Sequence record: MG655269.1
Direction: 5' to 3' (one strand)
Length of the DNA stretch: 64,000 nt
This document shows, piece by piece, positions 1 through 9,543 of the stretch; the stretch's first letter is position 1; each line of letters starts with the position of its first letter. Below the pieces are notes generated by a model, which was not told the origin of the DNA, searched no databases, and saw only the letters and a list, made by a program, of their open reading frames with translations. The translations under genes and the position numbers were made by a program.

Positions 1-1
1 C

Positions 2-625
2 CGTGGCGGCGAGTATGATAAGTACATCGAAGCAATTGCCTTGATGTATGGACTGGTGAGTAATAAGAAGGTCAAGACCAAAGGCTTCGGCGGGACGTAT
101 AACCACGTCAAGTTTGAGCAAAGCATCATGAAAGACAAACAGCTGTTGAAGACGTACCTTACGCTCATCAACAAGGTGTTCTCCTTCTTCTTTATTAAAG
201 TGAAGGAACCCGAACAACGCTGCCTCATTTATTGTGCCACGGTCGAGATGTGTTTGTACGTGACGGATTATCTGAGCAGTATTCATGATACCCTGATCGT
301 GCGTAAGTATACCCAGGAAGACCCGAAAGAATCGTTGTATGAATCTGACGTGAGTGTTTCGACACTGAAGTCAGCCGGTACCGGTGTGGATATCCCAGGA
401 CTCCGCACTTGCATCATGACGATCGCGATTGGGTCACGGCAAGCCAGTGATCAGGCATTGGGACGACTGCGGCGGTTGAAAGACTACCCGGACACTATCC
501 CGACGTTTGTTTACTTCGCCTGCACGGGTATCGAAGCACACATGAAATACCACAGCAAGAAACTCGAACTCTTCCCAGTGAAGACGTTGAGTCTGCGTGA
601 GGTGAACAGCGGCTTCTCGTTATAA
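2..625 (+). CDS. SF2 (RAD2/UvsW-like) helicase, C-terminal part; gene starts upstream of the window
   Basis: Frame is open from base 2. Helicase C-terminal motif V (SAGTGVDIPGL) and motif VI (QALGRLRR) are present. Confidence 0.85.
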   Translation, partial: RGGEYDKYIEAIALMYGLVSNKKVKTKGFGGTYNHVKFEQSIMKDKQLLKTYLTLINKVFSFFFIKVKEPEQRCLIYCATVEMCLYVTDYLSSIHDTLIVRKYTQEDPKESLYESDVSVSTLKSAGTGVDIPGLRTCIMTIAIGSRQASDQALGRLRRLKDYPDTIPTFVYFACTGIEAHMKYHSKKLELFPVKTLSLREVNSGFSL

Positions 626-640
626 ACTGACTGTGTAAAA

Positions 641-672
641 GACCAGGGGGCTTACTCCTTGGTCTTTTATGC
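641..672 (+). terminator. Hairpin after helicase with TTTTATGC tail
   Basis: GACCAGGGGG-CTTA-CTCCTTGGTC followed by TTTTATGC. Confidence 0.7.
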
Positions 673-709
673 TTTCTTTCCTTTTCTTTTTGTTAAGGAT
701 ACACAGCTT

Positions 710-1036
710 ATGAATGGTAACCGGCCAGTAATGGTGATTGGCAGCATGGGGTTGAGTCCTGCATTGATTGAGCGCTTACGACAGTTAGACGACCTGGAGA
801 TCAAGTTGGTGGCCGATGTGGCAATCAGTGATATCCTGGAGTTTGAACCGGGTTATGCTCGCGGCTTGGTTCAGGCGATTCAGCATCAGCAACAACGTGA
901 GTGGAATCCCTTCCGGGAAAGCTACTGGGATAACTTCATTACCCTGCGACGTAAAGAAGTCAACGGACATACCCGCATTCCTCCCAAGAAAGCCACCTGC
1001 AGCTCCCGTCGTAAGGGACGGAGGTTCAAGGGATGA
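710..1036 (+). CDS. Hypothetical protein with basic C-terminal tail
   Basis: AAGGA RBS before ATG 710; the longer ORF-track start at 659 overlaps the terminator. Confidence 0.7.
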   Translation: MNGNRPVMVIGSMGLSPALIERLRQLDDLEIKLVADVAISDILEFEPGYARGLVQAIQHQQQREWNPFRESYWDNFITLRRKEVNGHTRIPPKKATCSSRRKGRRFKG

Positions 1037-1356
1037 GCGAGATCGATTATCGTGCATTGAAGTATTGTGTCACCAAGGTTAGTCGGCGTATCCGCGACGG
1101 GGATTCCCGTAACGCGTCACGTTGCCTCTTCCAGTATGTTGAGACGCACGCCGCATTACAAGACATGGCCGCCATTGATCGTCTTTTAGCACAGTGCCGA
1201 GAAAATAAGGTACCCCTAAAAGAGATCAACAAAGTCTCGTTACTGCGTGCATGCTCGTGTTTACGCCCCCACCTTACAGAGTATCAGTCGTGTATGGACC
1301 TGTGGCGCCAGGACATTAAAGCGGCGGGTATGGAAAACTTATTAATAGGATTGTGA
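1033..1356 (+). CDS. Hypothetical protein
   Basis: ATGA overlap with the upstream stop; 107 aa. Confidence 0.7.
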   Translation: MSEIDYRALKYCVTKVSRRIRDGDSRNASRCLFQYVETHAALQDMAAIDRLLAQCRENKVPLKEINKVSLLRACSCLRPHLTEYQSCMDLWRQDIKAAGMENLLIGL

Positions 1357-1357
1357 T

Positions 1358-1720
1358 ATGTCTGATTATTGTGCGGATATCTTTAAAGCGATCAGTTGCA
1401 AAACCCCCACCAAAGGCAGTGAACTATACATCGATGATTTCGGTGATCTGTGGATGTTGATTCCCAAGCTTAACCGCTTCGGTGAGCAGTCAGTGTTTCG
1501 TCAGTATGCCGGTAACCTTGCGTTGATGGCTGACCGCGGGCAGATGTATCAGGGTCAGTTATATGTGTGTGAGTTGATCCCGGGATATCACTTGGTGTTA
1601 ACCAACCAAGCCGTGATGGTCAACCAATACAGCCTGGTGCAGTATGTGAAGACCCGTGCTGCGAAAGTGGAAGCGCGCTACCGTAAGAAACCCAAGCCGA
1701 TGAGCCGAGCTTACGCGTAA
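1358..1720 (+). CDS. Hypothetical protein
   Basis: AGGA RBS; start abuts the upstream stop; 120 aa. Confidence 0.7.
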   Translation: MSDYCADIFKAISCKTPTKGSELYIDDFGDLWMLIPKLNRFGEQSVFRQYAGNLALMADRGQMYQGQLYVCELIPGYHLVLTNQAVMVNQYSLVQYVKTRAAKVEARYRKKPKPMSRAYA

Positions 1721-1750
1721 GCAACCTGACTGACAAGAAAGGATAGACCT

Positions 1751-2260
1751 ATGTTCGAATGGTTCTCTGTGTTATTGATGAAGTGGTTGACCCGAAAGGA
1801 AAAGAAACACAACAGGACAGTGCGGGTAGAACCGGTGGTGTTTGAACCGCAACTCAAACCCACCCCGCAACCGTTGAGTAACGCGTTAAAAGAAGAAGCG
1901 CAGCAGATTCGGGACACCCTGCTGTTTGAGTCGCCGTTGAATAAATCCCGACCGATCCCGACCAAACCCACCTTACGGGTAGTAAGACCCAGTACAAGCT
2001 CCTCACGCCCACACGGTAAGGCGAACGATGACAGCATGCTAACACATGCCTTATTGATGCAGCAGGTGTTAGCAGACGATACAGCGCCGTCTGATCGTCA
2101 TCATCGTACTCATACCCCTCAGGATAACCACCGCCATGAAGACCGACCCTCGTACCATTCCACGCCCACTCATCATAGCAGCCCTAGTAGTAGTCGCGAT
2201 GATGATAACGGGAGTAATGATTACAGTAGCGGACCTAGTGACAGCGGTTCGTCTGATTAA
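1751..2260 (+). CDS. Hypothetical protein with short hydrophobic N-terminus and S/H/D-rich disordered C-terminus
   Basis: AAGGA RBS; MFEWFSVLLMKWL start; low-complexity tail. Confidence 0.65.
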   Translation: MFEWFSVLLMKWLTRKEKKHNRTVRVEPVVFEPQLKPTPQPLSNALKEEAQQIRDTLLFESPLNKSRPIPTKPTLRVVRPSTSSSRPHGKANDDSMLTHALLMQQVLADDTAPSDRHHRTHTPQDNHRHEDRPSYHSTPTHHSSPSSSRDDDNGSNDYSSGPSDSGSSD

Positions 2261-2299
2261 CACCCTCGATTAACCTTACGTAATAAGGAACGCCTCACC

Positions 2300-3208
2300 A
2301 TGACAGATCCCCACCCCATTCTCGCCGCAGCCATCGGAGAGCCCCAGGATGACGATTGCTGGGATTTTCCGGGCGAGACTGTTGTTGGTCACGGTGACTT
2401 GATGTACACCAACGTCCATAAGCCTCAGGCGTTATGGAACGGTGTTATCCGGTCACTGCGAAAACGTTTCCTTACTGAGCCATCAATTAACCAAAAGGAT
2501 ACTTGTATGACCGAGCAATACAAGCCATTACCTGACACCGGGTACCAAAACCCTTTCTGCGAGCCCGATGCTCTCAACACAAACGACCGGATTTATCCCC
2601 GCAAGAGTCTGGTGGCCTTACTGGAGAAATTCCCCTCCGATAATTTTCGTGGAACACCCGCAGTTCGCTATCCTTTTATGCGCCGTCTGGCGGTGTTGTT
2701 TAAGATAGCGTTCTTACAGACCAGCCTTGACCAGAAAGCTTTATCCTTGAATACACGCCAGACCGGTAAGCCACGGATCACGCAACATTCATTAACCAGT
2801 ATCTGTAATTTAATGCACCAGCTGCATTATGAGCTCAGAGAGCTTCAGTATCAGAACCCCAATCCGATTGACCTGACCCGTTACCTGAAACTTTTAACCG
2901 GTAAGGATGTCTGGGAGAAGCCGGCTGTGGCTGCGTGGGCTAGTGAATTTACCGAGCTCTATTTTCATAGACATCAAGCAGGTGTTGGTAAGTCAATGTT
3001 CTACAACATGCTACCAAAAATCAAACTGCACCTGGCGGGTATTCATGCGACGTTCGGTGGTCGGCCGTGGATCTATGAGAGTAATTGCAGGGGTCCTGCT
3101 GGCTTCTGGCCTGCCACGATTGAATACGGCATGGCGCATAATGGACCGGCCATCACTGCTCAGTTAAATCGCGAGCGTCTGGTGAAACCTAAGAAAGGAA
3201 AAGCATAA
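2300..3208 (+). CDS. Hypothetical protein; possible second in-frame start at 2507
   Basis: AAGGA RBS before both ATG 2300 and in-frame ATG 2507. Confidence 0.7.
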   Translation: MTDPHPILAAAIGEPQDDDCWDFPGETVVGHGDLMYTNVHKPQALWNGVIRSLRKRFLTEPSINQKDTCMTEQYKPLPDTGYQNPFCEPDALNTNDRIYPRKSLVALLEKFPSDNFRGTPAVRYPFMRRLAVLFKIAFLQTSLDQKALSLNTRQTGKPRITQHSLTSICNLMHQLHYELRELQYQNPNPIDLTRYLKLLTGKDVWEKPAVAAWASEFTELYFHRHQAGVGKSMFYNMLPKIKLHLAGIHATFGGRPWIYESNCRGPAGFWPATIEYGMAHNGPAITAQLNRERLVKPKKGKA

Positions 3209-4347
3209 TGGCACTGGATCAAGAGTATTATGAAAAGGCATTGGGCATCCTACTGACCAAAGGTTTCTCTAACCAAGAAGCTGACCAGATCGCCACCACG
3301 CTTTCGGTATATCTCCCGATGCGTTTCATCAAAGCTGGTGTATGGGCACTCATGCCTTACGACCAGCATCCGGCCGATCCCCTGGCATTTAAACACATGC
3401 GGCTACTCGACCGTATCCCTGAGTTAAAGAAACCAGTGATCCTTCAAATGCCGACTGACTTTACTTACACCACGTATGGTCAGGAGTATTGCCCTGGTGC
3501 TGACGCACCGACATACACCACAGGACCCGATGGTTATACACATCATCCGGTTGGTTGGGAGAGTGGCATTACTGGCATGCCAGGCGCAATGGGTCCGGCT
3601 GGGGATGACAATATTGAAGTCAGTGATTTGACCTGTGATCACCCCCAAGGCGATTTTAGACTATCGTTACCTGCCGAATCAATGGTTAGTCAGTTTACCG
3701 TCGTCATGCGGGTTGGTGGTAAACCTATTAAAATGACGCTGGAAGAACTCATCCAGGAAATTGGAGGTTATGACAAACTTCCTGCTTCTGCACGTGCTGC
3801 GATTGATCGTGTTATGGAAGAGCATCGCAATGCCCCTGTAACTACTGTATCTGTCCGCACGCCGTTACCAGGTGGAGTATCTCAGGAGCAAGCTGACTAT
3901 CTGAAACTGGGCGACCTCAGCGACATCGAAGGGATCAAACGGGCTTACCCGCTCATCGACGAGAAAACAGCTGAACGGATGTCTAAGTTGCATTGTCAGC
4001 TTAATCAGCATATCGCGCGGGTTCATCGTGAGCCGAGAGACGTTGAGGTATTTGATCTGCTTGCGGACGATCACTCTCAGCGGATGTTCCAATCTCGTCA
4101 TGCTAAACGTCAGTACCCAAACAGTTTGTTTGAGAAGTTCCTGCCGGATCAAGCAGACATCGATGAACCCGAGGGCATGACTGTTAAAATCAAAACCCAC
4201 AGCGTACGTCACTTCGGACACGGTCTTGAAATTAGCACGCCTTTGTTTGGCCAATCCCACAAAAACCCTACTGGACCACAAACCATGCCGGGGCTTGAGA
4301 AAGGCCGTGATGGTAAACGTAAACGTAATAAGAAGGGCAGACGATGA
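3208..4347 (+). CDS. Hypothetical protein with K/R-rich tail
   Basis: TAATG coupling; 379 aa ending GKRKRNKKGRR. Confidence 0.75.
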   Translation: MALDQEYYEKALGILLTKGFSNQEADQIATTLSVYLPMRFIKAGVWALMPYDQHPADPLAFKHMRLLDRIPELKKPVILQMPTDFTYTTYGQEYCPGADAPTYTTGPDGYTHHPVGWESGITGMPGAMGPAGDDNIEVSDLTCDHPQGDFRLSLPAESMVSQFTVVMRVGGKPIKMTLEELIQEIGGYDKLPASARAAIDRVMEEHRNAPVTTVSVRTPLPGGVSQEQADYLKLGDLSDIEGIKRAYPLIDEKTAERMSKLHCQLNQHIARVHREPRDVEVFDLLADDHSQRMFQSRHAKRQYPNSLFEKFLPDQADIDEPEGMTVKIKTHSVRHFGHGLEISTPLFGQSHKNPTGPQTMPGLEKGRDGKRKRNKKGRR

Positions 4348-5117
4348 TCGATCGCAGTTTTGAAGGTGGCTGGGAGTCTATACTGCAATGGCATGGGTTT
4401 GCTGATCGTGCTAAACAGGGGCTGTCTGAGCACTTTGTTATCGTGGATTACGGAACCCAGGCAGAGGCCGCCGCTTTTGAGCAATTGACAGCGCTGGCGG
4501 AGAAAGTGAAGTATGTCTCAGTCGAGCGAGTTAAAGCCGTTGACTTTACCCCGACGCTTGTACGTACGCTACATGAACGTGAACATGGCTGGCATTACTG
4601 TCATGTCATGGGGCGATGTGGTTACGGCGGCCACGGGATAATGATCGGTGATAATGGCGGCTGGACAGGCGCGCACGGCGGTGCAGGTGATGCAGGTCAG
4701 CCCTCAACACCTGATGATGGCTCGATACTATACCAGACAGATTACAGTAGTCTCGGTATCCAGGACCGAGGATTTACTACGCTGCAAGACATGATGGAAA
4801 ATGCCAGCCCTTACGATTACCCTCGGGAGATTCGTATAGTAGGGGATCGGCATGACCCGGATGTCAAAGCGTTAACGCAGGCGGTGATAAAGCTTGTTGG
4901 GCGTCGAGCTATCAAAGTAGTTAGCATACCGCATGCCGACATGATGTATAGACCCGGCCCGCACCGAACGTATAACCTCGCGCCGGAGAAATACCGGGAG
5001 CGATTTGACATTGCTTATAAACAAGCATTAGAAAATGTCAACAAGGCGGCCATCCTACCGTATGCCCGTGGGCCATTGCAGTCTGTTCTGGCGACTCAAC
5101 GCAAGAAACACTTTTAA
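4344..5117 (+). CDS. Hypothetical protein with a Gly-rich central segment
   Basis: ATGA coupling; 257 aa. Confidence 0.7.
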   Translation: MIDRSFEGGWESILQWHGFADRAKQGLSEHFVIVDYGTQAEAAAFEQLTALAEKVKYVSVERVKAVDFTPTLVRTLHEREHGWHYCHVMGRCGYGGHGIMIGDNGGWTGAHGGAGDAGQPSTPDDGSILYQTDYSSLGIQDRGFTTLQDMMENASPYDYPREIRIVGDRHDPDVKALTQAVIKLVGRRAIKVVSIPHADMMYRPGPHRTYNLAPEKYRERFDIAYKQALENVNKAAILPYARGPLQSVLATQRKKHF

Positions 5118-5144
5118 TCAGTTCCCCTCAACAGGAGAGTAACC

Positions 5145-5450
5145 ATGTGTAACATGCGATCGGATTGGTTTGTAGAAGACGAACCGTCCATGAAGGAAAG
5201 TGATCCGCATTTCGACAACAAAGCAATGGATGGCTTGATGGCAAAGATCCGTGACTTTGTTAAAGAGAGTGATGCGGCGACCTATGTCCCGCAAGCCCTG
5301 TTTGGCGAAGCCGGTAAAGTTAACCTGTCCAAAGTGGCAGCAGTAACCCGTCCGGTCGATCACCTCATTACCCTGAACCCAGTGGCCAATGACGGTGATG
5401 TGTATCTGGACTTCGCGCGAGGGAAGCGGCGTGGATACAAACCCCACTGA
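5145..5450 (+). CDS. Hypothetical protein
   Basis: AGGAG RBS; 101 aa. Confidence 0.65.
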   Translation: MCNMRSDWFVEDEPSMKESDPHFDNKAMDGLMAKIRDFVKESDAATYVPQALFGEAGKVNLSKVAAVTRPVDHLITLNPVANDGDVYLDFARGKRRGYKPH

Positions 5451-5661
5451 AGTTAACATCGAGCAGGCCAATCGTTATGAGGGGTCTACCGATGATTTGG
5501 TCCAGCAAGCTAATGATCGTGGTTTTCTCCAGGGGATTCGTATCACTTCTGGTGAGAACATCGATCCAAGCATTTGGACGCCTGAGAAGATCGAAAAGTT
5601 GAAAGCTGCACTTCGACATATTCGTGACTCAGAACAACGCATCAAAGGTAGCCAGGGGTAA
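5431..5661 (+). CDS. Hypothetical protein (probable GTG start)
   Basis: In-frame GTG at 5431 after a purine-rich stretch; followed by a terminator. Confidence 0.5.
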   Translation: MDTNPTEVNIEQANRYEGSTDDLVQQANDRGFLQGIRITSGENIDPSIWTPEKIEKLKAALRHIRDSEQRIKGSQG

Positions 5662-5678
5662 CACCCTGGCTTTATGCC
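5651..5678 (+). terminator. Hairpin with TTTATGCC tail
   Basis: GCCAGGG-GTAACA-CCCTGGC followed by TTTATGCC. Confidence 0.7.
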
Positions 5679-5699
5679 GGTTTAACGAGGACGTGTAAC

Positions 5700-6155
5700 A
5701 TGGAATCGAGCGGTTTGATTACGCTGGCAATGGTCTTTTTAACCTTCGTCATTGGGTTATGTTGTTGGCTGACGCGTTTCATACGCTATCACACCAACCG
5801 CTACACCGTTGACACCAAGAAGGCGTTAAAGCAATTTGCCTGTAAGCTTGAAAGAGTACTGGATGTCCCGCAGCCGTATTCGCTGGCACAAAGCGAAATG
5901 ACAAGGCTGGATAATGAACTGAACGCTTCTCTCTTCCTCTTTGAAGAGATCACAGGGAAGATCCACGATGAAACCAGTCGACTGTACCTGGAGTCAAGTT
6001 TCATGGTGGTACGCGGCACTCAACACGATACCCCGATTCGTATCTGTGTGGCGAACACAATCTTCAGCCTGTCAACAACTAACCACAATCACCACAGCGT
6101 CATGAAGGTCATCAACGACTTTAATAACCGCTTGGCTAAAATTGTAGAAAGTTAA
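5700..6155 (+). CDS. Hypothetical membrane-anchored protein
   Basis: GAGGA RBS; N-terminal hydrophobic helix LITLAMVFLTFVIGLCCWL. Confidence 0.7.
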   Translation: MESSGLITLAMVFLTFVIGLCCWLTRFIRYHTNRYTVDTKKALKQFACKLERVLDVPQPYSLAQSEMTRLDNELNASLFLFEEITGKIHDETSRLYLESSFMVVRGTQHDTPIRICVANTIFSLSTTNHNHHSVMKVINDFNNRLAKIVES

Positions 6156-6161
6156 GCACAG

Positions 6162-6191
6162 AAAAACTCAGACCTATATCACGCCCGTGAT
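6162..6191 (+). promoter_or_regulatory. Candidate early (virion RNAP) promoter
   Basis: AAAAACTCAGACCTATATCAC resembles the phiKZ early TATATTAC core; the GACCTA(C/T)AT motif recurs at 13827, 18113, 54045 and 63923. Confidence 0.55.
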
Positions 6192-6230
6192 AGACCCCTC
6201 AACCCCCATTAATCTTAAGTGAGTTCAATC

Positions 6231-6671
6231 ATGAAATACGTTTACGCTATTATCGCTGTTCTTGGTTTCTCTTTTGTGTCTGTTGCAGTTGCTGCAGATC
6301 AAACCAAAGTGGTGAAAGGCTGGTACGCTGAATACAACACGGCTTCGGTCCTGTATTCTGCTGGGCCAAAGAAAGGACAAGAATTGACCATGGAATGTGT
6401 ATTAGGTGGTTGGACGTTTGCGTATGCAGACAAGATGGGCGAGGAAGTAAACTCGGTCGATGATGACATGACAATCCTGGTCGACGGTGCAGCGTTTGCT
6501 GTGCCGAAGACTCAGGGTCAACGTGAGAAGTTATACGCAGCCATTCAGCACGCTAAGAGTGGTATTCAATACAAGACCCACGCCTATGGTGCGTCGGTAG
6601 TATTCCCAGTGGATGGCTTGGCCGAGATGTTTCGTGACCTGCCGTTTGAAGTCAGCCCGTGCATGAGCTAA
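6231..6671 (+). CDS. Putative secreted/periplasmic protein
   Basis: Sec-type signal peptide MKYVYAIIAVLGFSFVSVAVA-A. Confidence 0.7.
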   Translation: MKYVYAIIAVLGFSFVSVAVAADQTKVVKGWYAEYNTASVLYSAGPKKGQELTMECVLGGWTFAYADKMGEEVNSVDDDMTILVDGAAFAVPKTQGQREKLYAAIQHAKSGIQYKTHAYGASVVFPVDGLAEMFRDLPFEVSPCMS

Positions 6672-6684
6672 AAGGAAAACAATT

Positions 6685-7386
6685 GTGATGACCCCTACCA
6701 AACAAATTAAACGCAGCTACCGTCTGATCAAAGTGACTGCTGATGTAACACGGGATAACTGGGTCGGGAAAGACATCGACTTCATTGTTCAGCCCAATAA
6801 AGACATGATCGATGACACCACACGTGGTGGACCTAATCGCCTGCTCGCGACATACATCGTGCTGGGTAACCGTATTCCTGTAACCGTTAACAGCCATGCG
6901 ACCATTACCCGGGAAGAAGGCTTGCAGGATCTGCAGGTCAGTATTGTCGATGGTCAGTCAAACTACATTGACATCAGTAATGTGCGTTACGTTGTGTCGT
7001 GTGAGTTAGAAGAGCACTTCACCTACACCCCACCAAAAGAACCTTCGCTACTTGATCAGCTGGTTGGCGGACCAATGGGTGACCCAACCCATATGTTCAT
7101 TATCGATGAAAACTATAACGTCTTTGTCGGCACAGCGAACGATTCACAGGAAGATTATACCTTGGCTGGTCGTCTGATCAGTAACCTCGGTTCTCATGAT
7201 GCTGAAGCTAATGATTTGGAGATTATCGGCAGTTATCCTGATGACCAAGGTGACCACTACTACGTCTCCATTGACTGGAACAAGTCATTCATTTCCGGGA
7301 TTTCCAACAACGAGAAATGCGAATGGTTTAACCAACTCGATGCACTGGTAGCAATGTTGCTGGAAAAGATTAAAGTTACAGTGTAA
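6685..7386 (+). CDS. Hypothetical protein
   Basis: AAGGA RBS; 233 aa. Confidence 0.7.
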   Translation: MMTPTKQIKRSYRLIKVTADVTRDNWVGKDIDFIVQPNKDMIDDTTRGGPNRLLATYIVLGNRIPVTVNSHATITREEGLQDLQVSIVDGQSNYIDISNVRYVVSCELEEHFTYTPPKEPSLLDQLVGGPMGDPTHMFIIDENYNVFVGTANDSQEDYTLAGRLISNLGSHDAEANDLEIIGSYPDDQGDHYYVSIDWNKSFISGISNNEKCEWFNQLDALVAMLLEKIKVTV

Positions 7387-7395
7387 GTAATATCA

Positions 7396-7427
7396 GGCAG
7401 GGGGACTACTCTCTGCCTTTATTTTTT
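7396..7427 (+). terminator. Rho-independent terminator
   Basis: GGCAGGGGG-ACTA-CTCTCTGCC followed by TTTATTTTTT. Confidence 0.75.
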
Positions 7428-7498
7428 GTGGTATTCTGCCACAGAAAACTACTGGCCATACTACCAGTGGTATTCACTCAATAGACTGCGAGGAATAA

Positions 7499-8059
7499 AT
7501 GATGTTTGATAAAATTGAAGGATTGGCTGATGTGATCGAGCTGAAGTACGGCTTGCTTGATATCACCTATCACCGCGATAACGACAAAGACCTCTATGTC
7601 GATGTCTTTTATAAAGACACACGCTTGTCAAGCCGGCGTGACCTGACCGATGCCCTGGACTACGCTTATATCGGTGTGCGGTTGTGTAACCCTCAGTTCG
7701 GTGCCTGGTGTTATGGTGCTGAGCGTGAGTTAGTCATGTCGCATTTAATGGACGCATTGAGAATGGTGGGTAAGCCTGCACCCAGGGCTGTTGAAGACTC
7801 ACGGTTAAAGACAGGGATTCATCGTACCATTCAGCTGCTTGCCGAGAACGGTAACCTGCATCCGAAAGAGGATGATATCCGCATCACGATCCATCGTGCA
7901 GCACGAGTGGACTACGGTTCAACAGATACCATCGAAACAACCATCAGCATGACCAACCACGATATTACTATTAGTAAGCGACGGATTGAGTGTGTCAGTG
8001 GTGAGATGCGGGATTTACAAGCATGGGCGCGTAAGTTATATGCGAGACACTTTGAATAA
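7499..8059 (+). CDS. Hypothetical protein
   Basis: GAGGA RBS; 186 aa. Confidence 0.7.
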   Translation: MMFDKIEGLADVIELKYGLLDITYHRDNDKDLYVDVFYKDTRLSSRRDLTDALDYAYIGVRLCNPQFGAWCYGAERELVMSHLMDALRMVGKPAPRAVEDSRLKTGIHRTIQLLAENGNLHPKEDDIRITIHRAARVDYGSTDTIETTISMTNHDITISKRRIECVSGEMRDLQAWARKLYARHFE

Positions 8060-8069
8060 CGAGGTAGCT

Positions 8070-8471
8070 ATGGGTAGTGCGTACTGTAAGGTTGTGGCAA
8101 TCCACAGCATCTATGTACACAGTGCAGCGATGGAAGCGGTATCCGCTAAATACAGGAGCTGTTTTCGTTTGGCGTATAACTTCGTGAATGCTACGCAGTT
8201 AGCCCAACAGCTACGGCTTGCCGTGAAGAACAGCGAAATCCTGATTGTCGATACCAGTGACTTTACTCGCCGGGCACTTAACAATCTTAATGAGCAGTTC
8301 TACTGCATCTATCCGGGTGAGGAACAACATTCCGATATGTCAATCAAGCATCAGCGTAACTGTCGCATGACGCCTGACTGTATTCATATCGAAATTCAAA
8401 ACCTCAGCGACTTTGAGCGCTTAAACTGGGAAGTTCGACCCGATGCAGGGTTAAGGATATCACGCCGTTAG
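8070..8471 (+). CDS. Hypothetical protein
   Basis: GAGGT RBS before ATG 8070; followed by a terminator. Confidence 0.65.
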   Translation: MGSAYCKVVAIHSIYVHSAAMEAVSAKYRSCFRLAYNFVNATQLAQQLRLAVKNSEILIVDTSDFTRRALNNLNEQFYCIYPGEEQHSDMSIKHQRNCRMTPDCIHIEIQNLSDFERLNWEVRPDAGLRISRR

Positions 8472-8473
8472 AA

Positions 8474-8525
8474 CGGCATATAGGCCCTCCGTAATGGAGG
8501 GCCTTTTATGACATCTTTTTTTTTG
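8474..8525. terminator. Bidirectional terminator between convergent genes
   Basis: GGCATAT-AGGCCCTCC-GTAAT-GGAGGGCCT-TTTATGAC followed by a T run. Confidence 0.8.
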
Positions 8526-8535
8526 GTTTACAGCG

Positions 8536-8913
8536 TTATACCAGGCGCTGAGTTAACTGCGAACTATATTGAATAGCGTGATAGGTCGCAGGTTTCTCAA
8601 GCTGCTCGGTGCAGCGGTAGACCGGGGTCTTCATAAAAGGGCAACCGGCATTCATTAATGCCTCACGGTTGCTGGGCGACTCATCCACGCGAATCACCAC
8701 ATCCGTGGACTGGAAGCCAAAGACTTCCCGCTTCGTTGCAGTATATTCTGCATCCAGCACCACGATCTTACGGTTGATCACCAGCTTCACGGCCACCGGG
8801 TATTTGATTACCAGGTCTGACCCTAAGCCCGCCAAGACAAACTTAATGACAAACTTCTTAAGTCCATTTAGCAACTGACTCTCACTGGCCCAACTTTTAA
8901 CAATCTGCAGCAT
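8536..8913 (-). CDS. Hypothetical protein
   Basis: Fills the gap between the terminator and the upstream minus-strand operon; GGA-containing RBS before ATG 8913. Confidence 0.55.
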   Translation of the reverse strand: MLQIVKSWASESQLLNGLKKFVIKFVLAGLGSDLVIKYPVAVKLVINRKIVVLDAEYTATKREVFGFQSTDVVIRVDESPSNREALMNAGCPFMKTPVYRCTEQLEKPATYHAIQYSSQLTQRLV

Positions 8914-8988
8914 GTGTGTATTTCCACTCATATAAGGGGAAGTTAAGAAAAGCAACCTGAGGGCCCGTCCGTGATCCCTCATAATGTA

Positions 8989-9543
8989 TTACTTCATACC
9001 GTCCAACTGCTTTTGAAGTTCCTTTAACTGACGGCTTGCATCCGGCGTCTCGGCGTCATGATCTCTGATCGCTTCAATAAACGACTTCCGTTTGCAATAA
9101 GGATACTTCATCCATTTATCAAATGACAAACCAAATTTGCCCAAGATATCCGCACGCAGATATTCGAGCTCATACTTTCGATACCCAACTAACGCCAGCG
9201 AGTCTTCCTGCTCGACCTGTAAGATTAACGAGAGCGGCGAGGTTTCCGCGTTATGGTCAATAATCCCAAACGTGTCATCGTAAAGCTCTGTTAATCGAAT
9301 TAGTGGATACTCCCAGTTCTCGGTAAGAAACGTGGGGTTTTCTAACGCGACATCCCAGGCATCGGACCGATCACTTTCGGACAGACCGAAATCCCAATGG
9401 ATTAGATGTCGGCTTGATCGAACGTCTGATTCAGTGTATTCGTCATTAGGGTAAAAAAAACCCGTGCTACGTTCAGCGGGGTGTATGCCGGGAAGGTGTT
9501 GCTCACCAGCGGTTGACGCGCCTGGCAGTTCGGGCATTTCCAA
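8989..9543 (-). CDS. Probable -1 frameshift extension of the 9402..11021 gene (chaperone GT-like C-terminal domain)
   Basis: Overlaps the upstream ORF by 142 nt in the -1 frame across a T8 run; no ATG/GTG/TTG for about 100 codons after the run; helical C-terminus (KFGLSFDKWMKYPYCKRKSFIEAI) resembles tail/baseplate chaperone C-terminal domains. Confidence 0.55.
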   Translation of the reverse strand: MEMPELPGASTAGEQHLPGIHPAERSTGFFYPNDEYTESDVRSSRHLIHWDFGLSESDRSDAWDVALENPTFLTENWEYPLIRLTELYDDTFGIIDHNAETSPLSLILQVEQEDSLALVGYRKYELEYLRADILGKFGLSFDKWMKYPYCKRKSFIEAIRDHDAETPDASRQLKELQKQLDGMK

